In this document: positions 54,510-56,971 of the stretch, one piece after another
How positions within the stretch are numbered: position 1 is the first letter of the stretch
How the letters are laid out: each line of letters opens with the position of its first letter
Source of the DNA: Alphaproteobacteria bacterium
GTDB lineage: Bacteria; Pseudomonadota; Alphaproteobacteria; CAAHEQ01; UBA3637
Assembly: GCA_017467335.1 (NCBI GenBank)
Contig: JAFTSJ010000034.1
Location: 1 to 56,971, forward strand
Length of the DNA: 56,971 nt
Reading direction: 5' to 3'
The notes under the pieces: generated by a model
What the model was told of the DNA's origin: nothing
Seen by the model: only the letters and a program-made list of their open reading frames with translations
The model's database searches: none
Program-made: the position numbers and the translations under genes

Positions 54510-54539
54510 ATAAAAGGCAGTTTAACAACTGCCTTTTAT
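54510..54539. terminator. Bidirectional intrinsic terminator
   Basis: ataaaaggcagtt-taac-aactgccttttat. Confidence 0.85.
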
Positions 54540-54565
54540 TTTATTTACAGCAACTGATTAGTGAT

Positions 54566-56971
54566 TTATTGCTGACAATACACCCGTCCTGTTTCATTGT
54601 CTTTCGTTGGTGTTCGTGACGCATTCCGACATAATTGTGCCGACAATTCATCTATGCCGATTTCGTTACTGCCGACATCAATTTCAGACCCCCAACAATC
54701 ACCGTTGATATCTTGCCATTCTCCGGCATCACATGTTTGAACACAATATTTTAACTCGTCAACCCTCATCATTATCCGACGGTTACAATCATGACACAAC
54801 TGCTCGGCTTCGGTTTTATCGGGAATAGTAACGGCTCCCGTAGCATCACATGACGGACAACCACTTGTTGACATAAACGTATCATTTTGTAAACAACCGC
54901 CATACATACATTTACCTCCGATAAGCGTCCGAATCCCGCCACATGATGCACATTCTTCTGCTGTTGCTTCATATCCCTTATTTGTTTCTAAACAAGAACG
55001 ACAGATGCCCGTATTATCACGATATTTTAAACCGACAGGTGAAAAATTGGGATACTTACTTGTATCGGGGCTATCATTATTACAAATACCTGATTGACCG
55101 GCAGAAACATAAACACAATAACCATTCAAGTAAATATGATTCGGACATTTTTCACATTCGGTTTGCGATATAATATCAGAAATTGTTCCTGACGATGTTA
55201 AGCATGAAGTACAAATACCGTTATTTTTTCGTATTTTGTTTTGTCCACATGCAACCGGCACACAATACTGTGTGCTCCTGTACGACCACATCCGATGCTG
55301 ATTTACACCACAAGAGGTACAGAGTTTATTTTCATACTCAACTGTTTTTTGTTCATATCTTACCATTTGGCCATCACCGATGTGTGAACACGGATAACAA
55401 TCCGAATCACCTGTTCCATCATGTGCTAAATATTCATTTGCTTGACATTTTTTAAAACAAAAGCCATCAGAATAGACCCGTTCATTCCCACAGTTGTCCG
55501 TACATTTAGATTCTTCATCAGAATCAACAGCGACACGCCCAATACTCGTTGTACAGGGATAACATTTAGCATTTTTTCCTTTAAATTCTTTTCCATCTTC
55601 ACATGTATCTAGTTCCAAAGGAAGACAGTAACCATCTTTATATGTTCTGCCACAAGCTTCACACAAATCACGTAAATATTGTTTTAATTCGTTACCGGTA
55701 ATCCCTAATCCAGTAAGTGCAACACTTTCCGGATAGTCACAATCTAAACAATTGCCGGCATTAGAATAAAATTGTCCCGATTTACATTTTTTGACACATA
55801 TATAAATATTATCTACATGCAATACCATTCTTTCTTGACGGTAATCCGGATCAGTTGCAGACCCGCATTGTTCACATTGGGCTGACCATTCCGAAAGCAT
55901 ATTACTTGCTGATGTTTTCATTGTTGATTGCCACATAATTGTTGCAAAAAAATCATAACAATTCGGCCAATTACCACTATAACAATCGACTTTGGCATTA
56001 TTACAGGCACGACAGCGACCATATCCCATAGAATTTAAACCTCCCTTAAAATACCCATCCGGACATGTTTTTAAGATACATTCAGTGTCATCTAAAACTG
56101 TTCTGTTTGAACAAGCATCACATAATTTGTGGGCTTTATCATCATTAGGAATATTAGATTCCGTTGTTGAATCACATGGAATACATTTACCTGTTGAATC
56201 TAAATAACTGTTTCCCTTCACACAACTCGTTGCACAGTAGGTTTTAATATTGCCATCACGACCGGCTTCTTCAATACGGTGTTGAATCGAAGCACACGCT
56301 TGACACATTTCTATTCCGCTATGTGTATCTTTAATAGATACACCACCAACTTGTTTTTCAAAAATACCGTCATTGTCATCAGAGTTCATGATGATAATTT
56401 CACTCATATAATCACAACTGACACACGATCCATTTGCTGCCCGATATTCTTTTCCAAAGTTCCCTCCTTCACCGCACGTTTTTGGAATATCCACGCATTT
56501 GTGATTCGCTAAATCGCAAATTTGTTCATTCGGGCAATCTTTATTGGCTAAACATTCAACACAAACACCTGTTCCATTGTTATCGAAACAATGGGGATTA
56601 GCACTCCCTGTACAATCATTTTGACACGTCATTTTATCAGCATTACACGTAGCCGTTCCGCACAAACTGGTACAATCCATATCTTCAACACAGGGATCCC
56701 CACTTTGTCCTGTTCCGATTTCATTATTTTCCGAATCTAAAAATGATGTAAAAACGATGGTATTATCCGTTTTATCTTCTCCACAAATGGACGCATTACC
56801 GATATATTTTGTGCCATTTACCTGCACAAATTGAATCCCTTTAACAATACCGTTTAAGTTCATATTAACCACATTTTTACACACACGGGAAGAAACACCT
56901 TCTACATAGGTTTTAAACGCAACGTCCGGATGAGATGTCATATAAATCGGGTATCCTGTACCTGTCATATC
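54566..56971 (-). CDS. Large cysteine-rich repeat surface protein (5' truncated), possibly on a type IV pilin-like head
   Basis: Frame open to the window edge; about ten imperfect modules of GxCxxC...CxxC...C...C; no C-terminal TM anchor. Confidence 0.8.
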   Translation of the reverse strand, partial: DMTGTGYPIYMTSHPDVAFKTYVEGVSSRVCKNVVNMNLNGIVKGIQFVQVNGTKYIGNASICGEDKTDNTIVFTSFLDSENNEIGTGQSGDPCVEDMDCTSLCGTATCNADKMTCQNDCTGSANPHCFDNNGTGVCVECLANKDCPNEQICDLANHKCVDIPKTCGEGGNFGKEYRAANGSCVSCDYMSEIIIMNSDDNDGIFEKQVGGVSIKDTHSGIEMCQACASIQHRIEEAGRDGNIKTYCATSCVKGNSYLDSTGKCIPCDSTTESNIPNDDKAHKLCDACSNRTVLDDTECILKTCPDGYFKGGLNSMGYGRCRACNNAKVDCYSGNWPNCYDFFATIMWQSTMKTSASNMLSEWSAQCEQCGSATDPDYRQERMVLHVDNIYICVKKCKSGQFYSNAGNCLDCDYPESVALTGLGITGNELKQYLRDLCEACGRTYKDGYCLPLELDTCEDGKEFKGKNAKCYPCTTSIGRVAVDSDEESKCTDNCGNERVYSDGFCFKKCQANEYLAHDGTGDSDCYPCSHIGDGQMVRYEQKTVEYENKLCTSCGVNQHRMWSYRSTQYCVPVACGQNKIRKNNGICTSCLTSSGTISDIISQTECEKCPNHIYLNGYCVYVSAGQSGICNNDSPDTSKYPNFSPVGLKYRDNTGICRSCLETNKGYEATAEECASCGGIRTLIGGKCMYGGCLQNDTFMSTSGCPSCDATGAVTIPDKTEAEQLCHDCNRRIMMRVDELKYCVQTCDAGEWQDINGDCWGSEIDVGSNEIGIDELSAQLCRNASRTPTKDNETGRVYCQQ

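Overview
Low-GC chromosomal segment whose gene orders (mreBCD-mrdA-rodA, rpmF-plsX-fabH-ihfA-merR, bamD-recN-ligA, yqeY-dnaG-rpoD, rodZ-prfA-prmC, birA-rnj, pheST) are typical of Alphaproteobacteria. Several usual cluster members are missing locally, and GTP-PEPCK, Nfo and ThyX look atypical for the group. This suggests a reduced, probably host-associated or anaerobic lineage (inference only). About 50 CDS are present, mostly housekeeping, plus one tRNA-Thr(GGT) with a non-canonical T-loop. Four accessory regions stand out. (1) A ~5 kb integrase-less cassette region after tRNA-Thr, with two pseudogenes, a ~346 bp promoter-inclusive duplication, tRNA-3'-like scars and a zincin lipoprotein. (2) An intact IS481/rve-like ORF with no HTH, appended to the ihfA-merR operon. 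(3) Two coupled AbiEii-family nucleotidyltransferases with no AbiEi antitoxin; the second has an in-frame TAA, and the pair faces a 67-aa orphan gene. (4) A 5'-truncated protein of more than 800 aa built from Cys-rich repeats, possibly on a pilin-like head. No CRISPR array, rRNA, prophage or intact IS was seen. All functional calls come from motif recognition by eye, not database searches.
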